Virus record (IMG/VR): IMGVR_UViG_3300043788_000040
Coordinates: 1-64,000 of that record
DNA length: 64,000 nucleotides
Strand: one strand, 5' to 3'
DNA from: a virus
Shown here: in pieces, positions 63,395-64,000 of the stretch
Layout of the letters: each line of letters begins with the position of its first letter
How positions within the stretch are numbered: the first letter of the stretch is position 1
The notes under the pieces: generated by a model
Told to the model about the DNA's origin: nothing
The model's database searches: none
The model's input: only the letters and a program-made list of their open reading frames with translations
Position numbers and translations under genes: made by a program

Positions 63395-63715
63395 ATGAGT
63401 GAATATCAACACGGCATCTGGTGCTCCGGCAGCAGGCAGCACCCCCGTACACCCGGTAACTCCTGCTCCTGCCACTCTTGCGACGTGTTTTACAACCGCC
63501 TTGATGTCCTCCGGCACGACGAAGATCAGATCAAGCGCACCCTGCGGATAGCCACGTGCCCCGGCTGCCACAACCGTACCGAGTTTCCGTTCACCAGTGA
63601 GAGCGTCCCAAAGGAAGTTTTCTGCATCAAATGTTCTGTATGGGCACCCGTAGAGACAATCTCATGGGATGGATTGGACTTCGCCAAACTTCTGCCAGTC
63701 TTAGAGCGCCCGTGA
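63395..63715 (+). CDS. Cys-rich hypothetical protein
   Basis: CSC..C, CPGC, CIKC. Confidence 0.5.
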   Translation: MSEYQHGIWCSGSRQHPRTPGNSCSCHSCDVFYNRLDVLRHDEDQIKRTLRIATCPGCHNRTEFPFTSESVPKEVFCIKCSVWAPVETISWDGLDFAKLLPVLERP

Positions 63716-64000
63716 GACCTTGGTTTTCTCTCCTCTACCTCGCCCTTGCGCTGGTTTCATTCCGCATGTGGGAACAATCCTCTGACCTGTGGTGGACTCT
63801 GGGTGCGGCGGGCTTTGCCTTGGCGTCCATCAGGGAGACCCTCCTGTATTTGAAAGAGACGTTCCGACAATGAGCACGGCGGCAAGCTTCGCGAATCCTT
63901 CAATAGGCGTGAGGCGTGTCATGGCGAGACGACGCAAAAGGGATCGGGTCGAGGAAAGAATCTACAAGACGGTCTGGCATATCTTGATCGCTGCTGTCGG

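Noticed and set aside
1-64000. Stop-codon reassignment
   Set aside because: Conserved genes are intact in code 11, TAA/TAG/TGA all end genes sensibly, and no suppressor tRNA is present.
1-64000. Numerous long antisense ORFs in the track
   Set aside because: They overlap well-supported genes on the other strand, as expected at this GC content.

Overview
A 64 kb segment of a large (jumbo-like) myophage genome, standard genetic code, probably infecting a diderm bacterium. Left (minus strand, 130-20206): lysis enzymes and a contractile-tail/baseplate/tape-measure module. Centre (plus strand): primase-helicase, an iteron-containing initiator with a DnaC-like loader, class II ribonucleotide reductase and an ECF sigma factor. 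A translation island at 30.3-33.6 kb holds 16 tRNAs, an RNase P RNA, a truncated GlyRS-like gene and several unassigned structured RNAs. Then come tail-fibre-like proteins (one with an ice-binding DUF3494 domain) and a recombination/repair block (DinG, HU, SSB, EndoVII, DEDDh exonuclease, RuvC, RecA, half-SbcC, SbcD). Main finding: the tRNA array carries exactly the full set of anticodons for GNN codons (Val, Ala, Asp, Glu, Gly) plus Cys. It is preceded by an unannotated 46-codon leader ORF containing 15 of the 16 GNN codons plus TGC, overlapping mutually exclusive antiterminator/terminator hairpins. This looks like a ribosome-stalling attenuator that turns on phage tRNA supply when those tRNAs are depleted. 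All calls are from visual motif reading; no searches were run.
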